A model generated the notes under the pieces. It had not been told where the DNA came from, did not search any database, and saw only the letters and a list, made by a program, of their open reading frames with translations. A program made the position numbers and the translations under genes. This document shows, in pieces, positions 25,846-39,918 of a stretch of DNA of 64,000 bases. The stretch spans positions 89,218,001-89,282,000 of the forward strand of contig NC_043004.1 of the NCBI RefSeq assembly GCF_006345805.1, given 5' to 3'. Origin of the DNA: Octopus sinensis (taxonomy: Eukaryota). Position 1 is the stretch's first letter; each line of letters starts with the position of its first letter.

Positions 25846-27109
25846 GTATATGCTGCTTCTAATTTAAATATGAATAAAAAGTAGCTTGAGGTATACAAAC
25901 AAAATCAAAAACATTTACACAAGGTGTGTGTGTTGTTAGTTTATGGGTCAGCTGCATTTTTAGGTGCAAGAGAATGTTTTCTCAATGCACCTGGTGTTAA
26001 AACATTTGAAAGTAAGCCATTGGCAAATGAAACAACTCAGCTCAGGTCCCTTCTCAAAACAACAGACATTCATGTTTCATCATTGCTGTGACTTTTCAAT
26101 ACCATGTACCGAACAAGGCCTGCTGCAAGATATATCACTAAATATGACTATATGCTAAACGGTTTGAAAACCATCAGCTGGCATGTCCCAATATTTCATG
26201 CTATGGAAAAAATTCAAGTACAAATTAGAAGCAGTTTGAGGTGTATAAACAAAATTGAGCACAAATAAACAAGGTTAGTTCGTGGGTCAGCTGTGTTTTT
26301 AGGCATAAGAGAATATTTGCTCAATGAACGTGGTATTAAAACACCTGAAAGTAAGCCATAAGCAAACAATTCCAATATGAATTCAATACATGTGTGTGTG
26401 TCTTCGTGTATGTGTTTGTCCCCCACCACCACTTGACAGCCGGTGTTGGTGTGTTTACATCTCTTAATTTAGTAGTTCAGCAAAAGAGACCCATAGAATA
26501 AGTACCAGGATGTAAAAAATATATATATAAGTACTGCTGTCGATTCATTTGACAAAAAATTCTTCAAGGCAATGCCCCAGCATGGCCACGGTCTAACAGA
26601 CTGAAACAAGTAAAGATACGAGCTAAAAGATAAATGACATGAAAAGAGAAAAGTGGAGAGGAGGTAGAGTATGACTTGGATAAACAGACGCCCACCACCA
26701 CCACCACCACATCCCTCACTTCCATCCCCACACGTACACAGGTACATAGAAAGAAAATTAAATCACCCCTAATTAGCCACTAATACAGAAAACAAAGCAA
26801 ACAATAATAATAAATAATATAATAATAATAATAATAATAATAATAGATTATTTACATATGTTACTGGAGGGGGAAAAGAAAAGGAAAACGACTGTAGAGG
26901 TCATTTAGTTCAATTCTAAAATAAGTACACCACCACCACCGCTCCTGACACCGCCAACGCTACCCCACTATTTACACGGTAAATATGTAGTAAGTATGAT
27001 TTGCATGTGTGTCATAGCCTTATACATTCGTGCCAGATATAAACGTAGATATTAGAAGAGAAAGACAAACAGCCGCAATCAATTTTATTCGTTGATAATA
27101 ATTAATGAC

Positions 27110-27125
27110 CATAATGATGATAATG

Positions 27126-27176
<51 letters not shown>

Positions 27177-27402
27177 ATTATTATTATTAATATTATTATT
27201 ATTATTATTATGGTGAGCAGTAGTGGCATAATCAGCATCATCATCACAATCATAATTACCACCCACTATCACTACCGCCCACCATCATCATCATCATTCT
27301 CATTATCCGCATCATCATCATCAGTATCATCACTACCATCACCCCTACCATTTATCATCATCACCATCATAATCACCATCACCCATCATCATCATCATTT
27401 TT

Positions 27403-27439
<37 letters not shown>

Positions 27440-27800
27440 CCACCACCATCACCACCACCATTTATCATCATCATTATCGTCCTTAATATCATCATTATTA
27501 CTATGGCTGTTATCATCATCATCATCATCATTTGTCCTAATCATCAGCATCATCACCACCATCAACCCTACCATTTATCATCATCACCATCATAATCACC
27601 TCCAGCCATTATCATCGCCATTTTCTTCATCATCATCATCGTCATCACCACCATCATCAACACTCCATTTATCATCATCATTATCGTCCTTATCATCATT
27701 ATCACGACGGCTGTTATCATCATCATCATCATCATTATCACCGTCTTCTTCATTGTCATTGTCCTAATCACAATCATCATCATCGTCGTCGTCGTCGTCG
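27110..27800. repeat. (ATT)n/(ATC)n low-complexity block
   Basis: Visible repeat. Confidence 0.9.
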
Positions 27801-27810
27801 TTGTCCACAG

Positions 27811-28506
27811 CAGTGGTTCCCAACCAATTTTTGCCTATGGAACCCTTTGATTCCTACTTTACTTAAATGGATCCACATAACCATGCAATTATTCTTTTAT
27901 GTTTCAGTCATTTGACTGCGGCCATGCTGGAGCACTGCCTTTGTCTATAATGCAATGTTTATAAAATCCTATTATATTCTTATAATTAAATATTATTAGA
28001 AATTGTATTTTATTCTTTTATTTTTATTTCTACTTGTTCCAGTCATTTGACTGCGGTCATGCTGGAGCACCACCTTGAAGGGTTTTAGTCAAACAAATCA
28101 ACCCCAGGACTTATTTTTTTAAAGCCTAGGACTTGTTCTATCAGTCTCTTTTGCAGAACCGCTAAGTTACAGGGATGTAAACACACCAACGCAGTGATGG
28201 GGAAACAAACACACACACACACACACATGACATGCTTCTTTCATTTTCTGTCTACCAAATTCATTCAAAAGGCTTTCATCAGTCCAAGATTATAATATAA
28301 GACACATGCCCGAGGTACCACACATTGGGACTGAACCCAGGACCATGTGGTTGGGAAGTAAGCTTCTTACCAGACAGTCATGTCTGCGCCTACAAAAAAA
28401 ATGTTAAAATATTTTGTGCATTGTAGAAATATTGTAACCAATCTCTTGCACATAAAATTTTATATGGACACCCAAGGGCCAAATGGATCCTGGCTGGGAA
28501 CCACTG
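27811..28506. mobile_element. hAT-type MITE with nested S1 fragments
   Basis: TIRs CAGTGGTTCCCAACC / GGCTGGGAACCACTG; diverged 8 bp TSD gtccacag / atctacag. Confidence 0.7.
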
Positions 28507-28735
28507 ATCTACAGCAACATCATCATCATCATCATCATCATTTTACATCTATTTTTTTCCTTTTCGCATGTATTGTGCTCTTCTCAAGCACACCATTCCA
28601 CTGCTCATTGCAATCTTTTGTCGTCTCCTTTGTAAGATTCGACCTTTGAAGATCAGCTTTCAAACGAATTTTTTCCATGTCTTCCTCACTCTTCATCTTC
28701 TGCAGACTGTCACCATTATGCCACTACCAGCAAGA

Positions 28736-28820
28736 ACTACCATATTTTAACATGTATAAGGAACCCTTTTTTGTCAAAAATTAGGCTAAAAAATATGGGG
28801 GATTCTTATACATGGATAGT
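28736..28820. mobile_element. Possible degenerate pogo/Tigger-like DNA transposon terminus
   Basis: TACCATATTTT..TGTATAAG..GGGGGATTCTTATACATGG resembles TACCGTATT-type termini. Confidence 0.35.
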
Positions 28821-29089
28821 ATTATAATCCCTTACAAAACCCTAAGTTCTTATCACTCTCTATTGCCTACGTTCTTTCACTTCTGATTACACTGCCCAGG
28901 AGATGGGAGAAATTGATCACATATAAGCTGGATTGAAGTTGTGGTTTTCTCTGGCCACCTACTTGGTAGCAAGGTTGTGAAGGAAAGCAGTTTGTTTTGT
29001 TCATCATCCTTTAAATCCTAAGGTTTTGCAGGTTTTTATAATCCCAGGTATCGTAACCATTTATAGCATATGAATTAAAGATTTGTGTG

Positions 29090-29330
29090 TGTGTGTCTGT
29101 CCTTGTCTTGACATCATGTGATAGTTGTAAATGAGTGTCACTGTTATACAAGCAGTATCATTCATTTCCAATATTCTGTGTAAACATGTCTGGCCAAGGG
29201 GAAATATTACCTAGCTTAGAAAACAAGTGAGGGTTCATGACAGGTAAGGCATCCAGTTGTAAAAAATCTGCTTCAGTAAACTCCATCCAACCCATACAAG
29301 CATGGAAAAATAAATGTTAAAATAAAGATT
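29090..29330 (+). mobile_element. S6 repeat
   Basis: Homologous to 44745-45040. Confidence 0.75.
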
Positions 29331-29701
29331 ATCTCTAAAACACCAGCATTTTCCTTTTTTTTTCTTACATTTCTTTTTCTTTTAATTTAGTTTTTCCGTA
29401 TATCACAAACTGCAAAAGATAAAGATCTAGTGACTTACATAATATATGTTTTGACTACTTCGTCTTAATTTCTCCATAACAAGAAAGCGTTATATAGCAT
29501 TGGTGAGGGTTGGGGGACATAATTTCATTTCATTGATTCAAATATGTTGTAGCAGATTCCTAGAAATAACATCTTCAACAATTGTGCAATCAAGCATTAT
29601 TGAATTAAATTAAAAGTCTATTAAGACACTAATATCACAGAGACATACACTTTTCTCCCTCACTGACCAAGTAAACCCACTGTAGATTCTTCGCCCCCTT
29701 T

Positions 29702-29789
<88 letters not shown>

Positions 29790-30596
29790 ATCTATCTATC
29801 TCTGACTAATTAAAACTTTGTAGTCTTGTACTTCCTGCTCACACTGACTAAGAAAATTGACACAACGTGCACTAATGGAAGAGAGTCAAAAGCAACAGTG
29901 GCGTATGTACTGACTCATAACTATACTAAAATACTGTTGCACTAGATATTATTATATCGTTATTGAAGTCACTTCAATTGCTTAATTAATTCCTTTCGAA
30001 AAGATATAAACACCACCGTCTTATTTCCTGCCCTGCCAAAATATCAAGACTCAAACTGGTGGAAGAGATTTTTGTTATCCTTTAATAATAAAATAATAAT
30101 AAATGGTTTCTTATATAAATATAAAAAGATTGAGATTTTTGAAAGGAAGGAGAAGGGAATGGAAGGAGAAAGTTTTGAAATGAAGTGAAACTGGGTCAAG
30201 AGATCAAGTGTCAATTTTACAAAAACTCACTGCTACATTAGCTACGTAATTACAACACTGACAAGGACAAGAATTAATCCTGACGAGACTAAGATTTTAA
30301 ATCCTGATTGAAAGATCTAAACTCAAAGACATTACTATCAAATCTACCACCACCACCACCACCACTGTCATCATTGCTATCATTGTCGTCATCATCATTA
30401 TCATCATCATCAATTGACATTCATTGTTATCGTCGTCATCACCATCGTCATCGTCGTCATCATCGACATCCATTTTTTTCCATGCTTGCATAGATCAGAC
30501 AGAATTTGTTGAAGCAGATTTTGTATGGCTACATGGATGCCCTTCCCGTTGCCAACCCTCACCTGTTTCCAAGCAGAGTAATATTTCCTCTGTGAA

Positions 30597-30925
30597 GGTG
30601 CATGGCTCAGTGATTAGAGCATTGGGCTCACGATTATGAGGTCATGAGATTGATTCCCAGACCAAGATGTGTGTTGTGTTCTTGAGCAAGACACTTTATT
30701 TCATGTTGCTCCAGTTAACTCAGCTGTTGAAATTGCATCATCACTGATGCCAAACTTTATCAGCCTTTGCCTTTCCCTTGGATAACATCAGTAATGTGGA
30801 GAAGGGAAGCTGGTATGCATGGGTGAATGCTGGTTTCCTATAAACAACCTTACCCAGACTTGTGCCTCGGAGGGGAAATTTCTAGGTGCAATCCCATGGT
30901 CATTCATGACTGAAGGGGATCTTTA
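30597..30925 (+). mobile_element. SINE S4 inserted into a minus-strand S6 copy
   Basis: 11 bp TSD AATATTTCCTC at 30580-30590 and 30929-30939. Confidence 0.85.
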
Positions 30926-31483
30926 TCCAATATTTCCTCATGGTCAGGCATGTTCTTCATGGAAGATTGGAAACAAGCATCATTGCTTGTATGCTGGTCG
31001 TGCTCATTTACATCTATCACATGATGTCTAGACAAGGGTACATACAGACACACACATACTATTCTGGTTTCAAATTTTGGCACAAGGCCAGCAATTTCAA
31101 GGGCAGGAATAAGTCAATTACATCAACCCCAGTGCTCAACTGGTACTTCTTTTATTGACCCCGAATGAATGAAAGGCAAGGTCAACCTTGGTAGGATTTG
31201 AACTCAAAACATAAAGGTGGAAAAAATGCCACTAAGCATTTGGCCCAGCATGGTAACAATTATTCCAGTTCATCACTTTCTCTGATAATCATAATAATGA
31301 TTTCAAATTTTGGCACAAGGCCAGCAATTTCAAAGGAAGGTGTAAATCACTTACACTGACCCCAGTAGTGCTCAACTGGTATTTAATTTATCGAACCTAA
31401 AAGATGAAAGGTAAAGTCAACCTCAACAGAATTTAAACTTAGAATGTAAAGATGGAGAAATACCACTTCGTACCAGCTTTCCA

Positions 31484-31521
<38 letters not shown>

Positions 31522-31752
31522 ACTAATATATACAATGGACTTTTTTCATTTTCCATCTACCAAATCCACTCACAAGGCTCTGGTCAGTTTGGGTCTAGAG
31601 TAGGTGACACTTGCCCAAGGTGCCATGCAGTGGGAGACTGAACCCAAGACCAAATGGTTGGGAAGCAAGCTTTTTAACCCCGCAGCCATGTCTGAGCTTA
31701 TCCATGGTCATCCTTATTACAAATATTAACCTATGTTTCTTTACCTTTTTAA

Positions 31753-31972
31753 CCCTTTCGTTAATGTATTTCTGTTAAGATGCTCTGTGTTTCTTTCAAT
31801 TACTTTGAATATAACAAAGAATTTAGTAAAATAACTTAGTTATCATTTAGCTACTGTTAAGAACATAAATTTTGACTAAGGTTTGGTGGAAGATTTTAAT
31901 TCAAAACTTATGAAAACAAGACATTTGTACTCAGAGCAAGAGCCAGTTTCAGCCAGGTTGTTAATGAAAGGG
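31753..31972. mobile_element. piggyBac-like MITE
   Basis: TTAA TSDs (31749-52, 31973-76); TIRs CCCTTTCGTTAA / TTAATGAAAGGG. Confidence 0.8.
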
Positions 31973-32489
31973 TTAAAGGCAATGAGATGTGATTTGAGGA
32001 AGATTTGGCTACTATTTCTAACAAAGCATTTTTAAACAGCCATTTTTTAAAGAAACCATATTTTTGAAGCCAGTTTCTTTTAAAAGGCCATTTTTTACAA
32101 AGTTTTTTATAAAATATATTTTACAAAGGTATTGTTTATAAATCTCATTTTTTTATAAAGATTGAAAAGTTCACTTTCCAGCTACATAGTTTCAGATTTA
32201 GTCCTGCTGTATGGCACCTTGGGCAAGTTTTCCCTACTTATAGTTCCTGGCCAACCAAGTCTTCTTAGTAAATTTGATGAAAACTGAAAGAAATCTATCA
32301 CATTTGTGTGTGCATGTGTGTGTGTGTCTGCTTGCCTTGATATCACATGACAGTTGCGAGTGAATCCCCTGCCATCATTTCCAGTCTTCCTTAGAAAACA
32401 TGTCTGACCAAGGGGAAGTTTTACATTGCATGGTAACAGGATGAAGATTGGCAACAGGAAGGACATCTGACTGTAGAAAATCCACCTCA

Positions 32490-32725
32490 AAGAATTGTTA
32501 TTTCTTTATTGCCCACAAGTGGCTAAACATAGAGAGGACAAACAAGGACAGACAAAGGGATTAAGTCGATTTCATTGACCCTAGTGCATAACTGGTACTT
32601 AATTTATCAACCCCAAAAGGATGAAAGGCAAAGTCAACCTCGGTGGAATTTGAACACAGAATGTATCAGCAAACGAAATACCGCTAAGCATTTCGCCTGG
32701 CACGCTAACGATTCTGCCAGCTCTC
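32490..32725 (-). mobile_element. SINE S3
   Basis: Reverse complement of the S3 consensus. Confidence 0.85.
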
Positions 32726-32879
32726 CACCTTTCTGCCTCAAAGAATTCTGATTGATTCATGCAAGCATGTGCAAATGAACATCCAAAGCCCATCCAAAGT
32801 ACCTTGGATCACAGGACAGTCTGCTGTGCTTACCTTGGATCGTAGGGCAACCTGCTGTGCTTGAGGAGACCTATTGAGT

Positions 32880-33240
32880 CAAGTACATCAACATCAAAAT
32901 AAAAATCAAATGGAAATTGTAGTTGTGATACCCATGCCGATGGCACGTAAAAAGCACCATCCAAACGTGGCTGATGCCAGCGTCACCTTGACTGGCTTCT
33001 GTGACGGTGGCACATAAAAAGCACCAACCGATTGTGGCCATTTGCCAGCCTCCATTGGCACCTGGGCTGAGTCACTCATTACACTCACAGAGTGGTTGGC
33101 GTTAGGAAGGGCATCCAGCTGTAGAAACACTGCCAGATCAGACTGGAGCCTGGTGCAGCCTCCTGGCTTCCCAGACTCAGGTCGAACCATCCAACCCATG
33201 CTAGCATGGAAAACGGATGTTAAACGATGATGATGATGAT
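32880..33240 (+). mobile_element. S2 repeat
   Basis: RTE-type tail followed by (GAT)n. Confidence 0.8.
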
Positions 33241-33550
33241 GAATGGCAGAATTACTATGATGATAGTGGTGATGACAATGATGACGGAAGCAATGACAAT
33301 GATGACGGAAGCAACAACAGTGATTGGTTTGTTTACATTGCCATAACTTGGCAAAAGAGACCAGCCAACAGTATAAGTTCCAGGCTTTAAAAAATAAGAA
33401 CTGGGGTCAATCTGTTAAATTAAAACCCTTCAAGATTGTGATCCAGCATGGCCACAGTCCAAAGGCTGAAGCAAATAAATGTTAAAAGACAAAAATAATA
33501 AAACTTTGTCCAAATATGAGACATTTTTAGAATTAATATTTAATATTTAT

Positions 33551-33720
33551 AGGCGCAGGAGTGGCTGTGTGGTAAGTAGCTTGTTTACCAACCACATGGT
33601 TCCGGGTTCAGTCCCACTACATGGCACCTTGGGCAAGTGTCTTCTACTATAACCTCGGGCCAACCAAAGCCTTGTGAGTGGATTTGGTAGACGGAAACTG
33701 AAAGAAGCCCATCGTATATA

Positions 33721-33756
<36 letters not shown>

Positions 33757-33982
33757 TGTGTGTGTGCGTGCTTGTGTGTCTGTGTTTGTCCCCCTAGCAT
33801 TGCTTGACAACCAATGCTGGTGTGTTTATGTCCCCGTTACTTAGCGGTTCGGCAAAAGAGACCGATAGAATAAGTACTGGGCTTACAAAAGAATAAGTCC
33901 CGGGGTCGAGTTGCTCAATTAAAGGCGGTGCTCCAGCATGGCCACAGTCAAATGACTGAAACAAGTAAAAGAGTAAAAGAGT
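33551..33982 (+). mobile_element. SINE S1, full length
   Basis: Close to consensus. Confidence 0.9.
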
Positions 33983-34592
33983 AATCATTAACTTTGCAGT
34001 TCTGTAGACATTGTTATATTCTAGGCACTAATTTAAAATATATACTCATGTTTCATAGAGACCCCTTTTAAATTTTCAAATAAAAAACACCAATTTATGT
34101 TTTGTTTGCTTTTTAAGCATGTAACGTTTTAAGTGAATACTAAGAGAGAGAGAAGGGTGGAGAGAGAGGGAGAGGGAAAGGAGAGAGGAAGAGAGAGGAG
34201 GGAGAGAGAGGAGGGAGAGAAAGATAACATGTGTGTCTGTGTGAGAAAGTGTGTACATTTGTGTAAGAGAGAAAGTATGTGTGTGTGTGTGTATGTGTGT
34301 AAGAGAGTGTATATGTGTCTGCAGATAAGAGAGAAAGAGAACATGTTTGTATGCATGTGTGTATGTGTGTATGTGTGTGAGTCAGTGAATGTGAGAGAGA
34401 GTATTGTATCTATGTGTGCAAAAGTGCATGTGTGTGTATGTGTGTGTGTGTGGGTAGGTGTAGCGGTGTGTAAGAGACAGAACATGTGTGTGTGAGAGAG
34501 AGAAAGAGAGTGTGTATGTGTGTGTATAAGTATGTTGGAAAGTGTGAGTGAAAAGTATGTGTGTTGGTGTGTGTAGTTGTGTGTAAGAGAAA

Positions 34593-34609
<17 letters not shown>

Positions 34610-34624
<15 letters not shown>

Positions 34625-36125
34625 CAGAGAAATAGAGAGTAAGAGAGAGAAAGAGGGAGTAAGAGAGAGAAATAGAGAGTAAGAGAGAGAAATAGAGAGT
34701 AAGGGAGGGAAATAGAGTAAGAGAGAGAAATAGAGAGTAAGAGAGAGAAATAGAGTAAGAGAGAGAAATAGAGAGTAAGAGAGAGAAATAGAGAGTAAGA
34801 GAGGGAAAAAGAGAGTAAGAGAGAGAATAGAGAGTAAGAGAGAGAAATAGAGAGGTAAGAGAGAGAAATAGAGTAGAGAGAGAGAGAAATAGAGTAAGAA
34901 GAGAAATAGAGAGAGAGAGAGAGAAATAGAGTAAGAGAGAGAAATAGAGAGTAAGAGAGAGAAATAGAGAGTAAGAGAGGGAAATAGAGTAAGAGAGAGA
35001 AATAGAGAGTAAGAGAGAGAAATAGAGTAAGAGAGAGAAATAGAGAGTAAGAGAGGGAAATAGAGTAAGAGAGAGAAATAGAGAGTAAGAGAGAGAAATA
35101 GAGTAAGAGAGAGAAATAGAGAGTAAGAGAGAGAAATAGAGAGTAAGAGAGGGAAATAGAGTAAGAGAGAGAAAGAGAGAGAAATAGAGAGTAAGAGAGA
35201 AATAGAGAGTAAGAGAGAGAAATAGAGAGTAAGAGAGAGAAATAGAGAGTAAGAGAGAAATAGAGTAGAGAGAGAGAAATAGAGTAAGAGAGAGAAATAG
35301 AGAGTAAGAGAGAGAAATAGAGTAAGAGAGAGAAATAGAGAGTAAGAGAGAGAAATAGAGTAAGAGAGAGAAATAGAGAGTAAGAGAGAGAAATAGAGAG
35401 TAAGAGAGGGAAATAGAGTAAGAGAGAGAAATAGAGAGTAAGAGAGAGAAATAGAGTAAGAGAGAGAAATAGAGAGTAAGAGAGGGAAATAGAGAGTAAG
35501 AGAGGGAAAAAGAGAGTAAGAGAGAGAAATAGAGAGTAAGAGAGGGAAATAGAGTAAGAGAGAGAAATAGAGAGTAAGAGAGAGAAATAGAGAGTAAGAG
35601 AGGGAAAAAGAGAGTAAGAGAGAGAAATAGAGAGTAAGAGAGGGAAATAGAGTAAGAGAGAGAAATAGAGAGTAAGAGAGAAATAAGAGGAAGAGAGAGA
35701 AAGAGGAGTAAGAGAGAGAAATAGAGAGAGTAAGAGAGAGAAATAGAGAGTAAGAGAGAGAGAATAGAGTAAGAGAGAGAAATAGAGAGTAGAGAGGAGA
35801 AATAGAGAGTAAGAGGAGAGAAAATAGAGAGTAGAGAGAGAAATAGAGAGTAAGAGAGGGAAAAAGAGAGTAAGAGAGAGAAATAGAGAGTAAGAGAGGG
35901 AAATAGAGAGTAAGAGAGAGAAATAGAGAGTAAGAGAGAGAAATAGAGAGTAAGAGAGAGAAAGAGGGAGTAAGAGAGAGAAATAGAGAGTAAGAGAGAG
36001 AAATAGAGAGTAAGGGAGGGAAATAGAGTAAGAGAGAGAAATAGAGAGTAAGAGAGAGAAATAGAGTAAGAGAGAGAAATAGAGAGTAAGAGAGAGAAAT
36101 AGAGAGTAAGAGAGGGAAAAAGAGA
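34610..36125. repeat. Polypurine minisatellite, 18/20 bp units (AGAGAGAAATAGAG[AG]TAAG)
   Basis: About 1.5 kb tandem array; source of the spurious 614 aa minus-strand ORF. Confidence 0.95.
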
Positions 36126-36611
36126 GATTATAATAGCCACAACAGATACATAAACAAAGGCTGCTACGAAATGGCAGTTTTTATTTGTAAAAGAAATATA
36201 TTTATTAAACTCCATGGTAACAAAACTGATTTGGTCACCTCTGGAGAATATCACTCCATACTAGACGGCATTAAGAGGCCAGAAAACTAATGGAAGCAAT
36301 ACAGACAAGATAAATATTAATTAAAAACTTATTAATTAAAAATTATTATTTGTATTATTGTTAATGTGGTAAGCTAGCTGAATCATTAGCACTCCGGATA
36401 AACTGCTCGGTTGCATTTCTTTTGACTCTACATTCTGAGTTCAAATCCTACCAAGGTCAAATTTGCTTTTCGTCCTTTCGGTTTTAATAAAGTAAATCCC
36501 AGTTGAGCACTGGGGTCAATGTAATCGACTTACCCATCGCCCCTGAAATTGCTGGCCTTGTGCCCAAAATTTGAAACCATTATTATTAGTATTATTTTTT
36601 TTATTATTATT

Positions 36612-37105
36612 CTCTTACTCTTTACTCTTTTACTCGTTTCAGTCATGTGACTATGGCCATGCTGGAGCACCAACTTTAGTCGAACAAATCGAACCCAGGG
36701 CTTATTCTTTGTAAGCCTAGAACTTAATCTATCGGTCTCTTTTGCCGAACTGCTAAGTTACAGGGACGTAAATACACCACCATCGGTTGTCAAGCGATGT
36801 TGGGGGGACAAACACAGACACACACAACACACACACCACACACACACACACACACAACACACACACACACACACACCAACACACACACCACACACACACA
36901 TATATATATATATATATTATATATATATATATACATATATACGACGAGCTTCTTTCAGTTTCCGTCTACCAAATTCACTCACAAGGCTTTGGTCGGCCTG
37001 AGGCTATAGTAGAAGACACTTGCCCCAGGTGCCATGCAGTGGGACTGAACCCGGAACCATGTAGTTGGTAAGCAAGCTACTTACCACACAGCCACTCCTG
37101 CGCCT
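36612..37105 (-). mobile_element. SINE S1, full length
   Basis: Reverse complement of the S1 consensus. Confidence 0.9.
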
Positions 37106-37855
37106 ATTATTATTGTTATTATTATTATTATTATTTGGCACACGGCCAGAAGTTCAGAGGAGGGGATAAGTTGATTACACCAACCGCAGTACTCAGTTGG
37201 TACTTATTTTATTGACCTCAAAAGGATGAAAGGCAAAATCAACCCCAGCAGAATTTGAACCCAGAAGGTAAAAACAGATGAAATGCTGCTAAGTATGTTG
37301 CCCAGCATACTAATGACTCCGCCAGATCACCATCTTAATAATAATATAATTCTTTCTATAGACACAAAGCCTGAGATTTGGGGGAGGGGACTAGTTGACT
37401 ATATCGACCCCAGTGTTTCACTGGTACTTAATTCTGCCAGCTCACTACCTTCACCACTTTAATAATAATAATTATGGTTTCGAATTTTGGCACAAGGCCA
37501 GCAGTTTTGGGGGATGGAGTAAGCTGATTACATCAACCCCAGTGTTTAACCGGTACTTATTTTATCAACCCCAAAAGTCGACCTTGGTGGAATTTGCTTA
37601 ATAATAATAATAATAATAATAATAATTCCAATAAAAAAAATAAGGTGATGAACAGGCAGAATAGTTAGCATGTTGGACAAATTGCTTAGCAACATTCTGA
37701 GTTCAAATTCAACCTAAATCAACTTTACCTTTCAGCCTTTAAGGGTCAATAAAATAAGTAAGTGGAGCACTGAGAATGATGGTATATTGAACATTACAAT
37801 TGATTAGTTCTGCTACATCACTGCTTTGCAAAATATAATAATAATATAATGTATA

Positions 37856-38245
37856 GGCGCATGAGTGGCTGTGTGGTAAGTAGCTTGCTTACTAACCACA
37901 TGGTTCTGGGTTCATTCCCACTGCATGGCACCTTGGGCAAGTGTCTTCTACTATAGCCTCGGGCCGACCAAAGCCTTGTGAGTGGATTTGGTAGATGGAA
38001 AACTGAAAGAAGCCCGTTGCATATATGTATATATGTATGTGTTTGTGTGTCTGTGTTTGTGCCCCCAACATTGCTTGATAACCAATGGTGGTGTGTTTAC
38101 ATACCCGTAACTTATTGGTTCAGCATAAGAGAATGATAGAATAAGTACTAGACTTACAAAGAATAAGTCCTGGAGTCGATTTGCTCGACTAAAGGCAGTG
38201 CTCCAGCATGGCCGCAGTCAAATGACTGAACAAGTAAAAGATAGA
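37856..38245 (+). mobile_element. SINE S1, full length
   Basis: Head and tail present. Confidence 0.9.
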
Positions 38246-39167
38246 AGATAAAAGATATAAAATAATACTATAATCATCATCAACATCTTCTTTTTATGTC
38301 CACACAATGGGACTGAACTCGGAACCATGTGGTCACAAAGCAAGCTTCTCAACCACAAAGTCACAGCTTACAAAAAAAAGATATCCTTAAAAAAGAATGG
38401 TGTGGACATGTGTAATGTCTTTTTTTTTCCTGACTAAGCAGTAAGCACTACACACACACACACACACAAATTGATCACAGAATTTGGGAAATATGACCAA
38501 AATATATGGAAGATTAAATAAATCTAATGCTATATGGTTGTTATCAATGTAATGTATGTCTTTCCAAGTCACTTTTACCTTCAACAGAAATATTTCTTCC
38601 ATTTTGTCTCAAATACTATGGTAGAAAATAGACAAGTTGAAAACATGAAGACTATTTTTATCAACTTCATATTAAATTTAGCCATTGTCCTTTAGCTTCA
38701 ATACACCACCAAGACACTTGTATATCAAGACAAATATTTCCAGCTTCTGTATCTTCATGGAAATGCATTTATTTCATTTAGACAAAAGTCATATTGACAG
38801 GCTAGACAAAATGGAGACAATTTCTCTCATTGTAAGAAATATGGAGATTTAGAAAAGAAGGCTGGGAAAAAAATTGCTTGAGAATTAATAAATGTATTGA
38901 AAAATGATAAATGGTACTAAAGAGATTCCTTGACTATTTCTTTCTTGCTTGATTTAATTCAATTTATTGTAACATAAGAAGAGAGAGAAGTTCGTTTTTA
39001 ACTTGCAGCAGTTAATTTCAACTTAATGGAAGAATATTATAAAGAAATGAATAACATATTTATGTTTTCACTTCAAGCAGGGAATTTGAAACCAGTTGAA
39101 TTTTTTCTTCAACAATATTGTTAAATGTCACTTTACATCCCTAGTTTTTTTCGTTGCTTTTTTTGTA

Positions 39168-39198
<31 letters not shown>

Positions 39199-39872
39199 GC
39201 ATGCACATACACATGCCACACACATTTACTGAATTCATATTAGTTTCTCAATTTCTGGTTGTCACATTTGAAATATTTTGCTTTATTATTATTATCATTA
39301 TTATTATTATTATTATTGTTGTTGTTGTTGCTGTTGTTGTTGTTGTGAAAAACTGGCAGAATTGTTAGCACACCAGGCAAAATGCTTAGCAACATTTGGT
39401 CTGTCTTTACATTCTGAGTTCAAATTCCACCTAGGTAGACTTTGCCTTTCATCCTTTCGGAGTCAATCAAATAAGTACCAGTTATGCACTGGGGAGAGGT
39501 GGGGGGGATCAATATAATTGACTTAATTGACTTATATATATATATATAGCAAGAAATTGAGGTTATAAGAGGTAATGGTGTCATTGAGACCCAAAGGTGT
39601 CAGGTAATGCTGAATAAGTGCTATAGACAGACCATAGTTAAGTTCCAGGTTCGGTGATTTTGAAAATAAGGGGTTCAATGTTGGTAATACGTCAGCATGT
39701 GTATATAAGAATTTTTTGTGTAATGAGATAAAAAACCAAGGCTATATAGATATTAGAACATTTATATATATATATATATATATATATTAATATATATATA
39801 ATATATATATATATAGATAAAATTTACTTGGAAGAGGATGCATGGCATTCAATCATATAATAATATAAATAC

Positions 39873-39894
<22 letters not shown>

Positions 39895-39918
<24 letters not shown>

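Noticed and set aside
30280-30319. CTGACGA...GAAAGATCTA hammerhead-like core with palindromic AGATCT
   Set aside because: No stem I pairing between the flanks and a poor stem II
34410-36254. 614 aa minus-strand ORF (SLSYSLFLSLTLYF repeats)
   Set aside because: Translation of the purine minisatellite; the pyrimidine-rich strand lacks stops by composition
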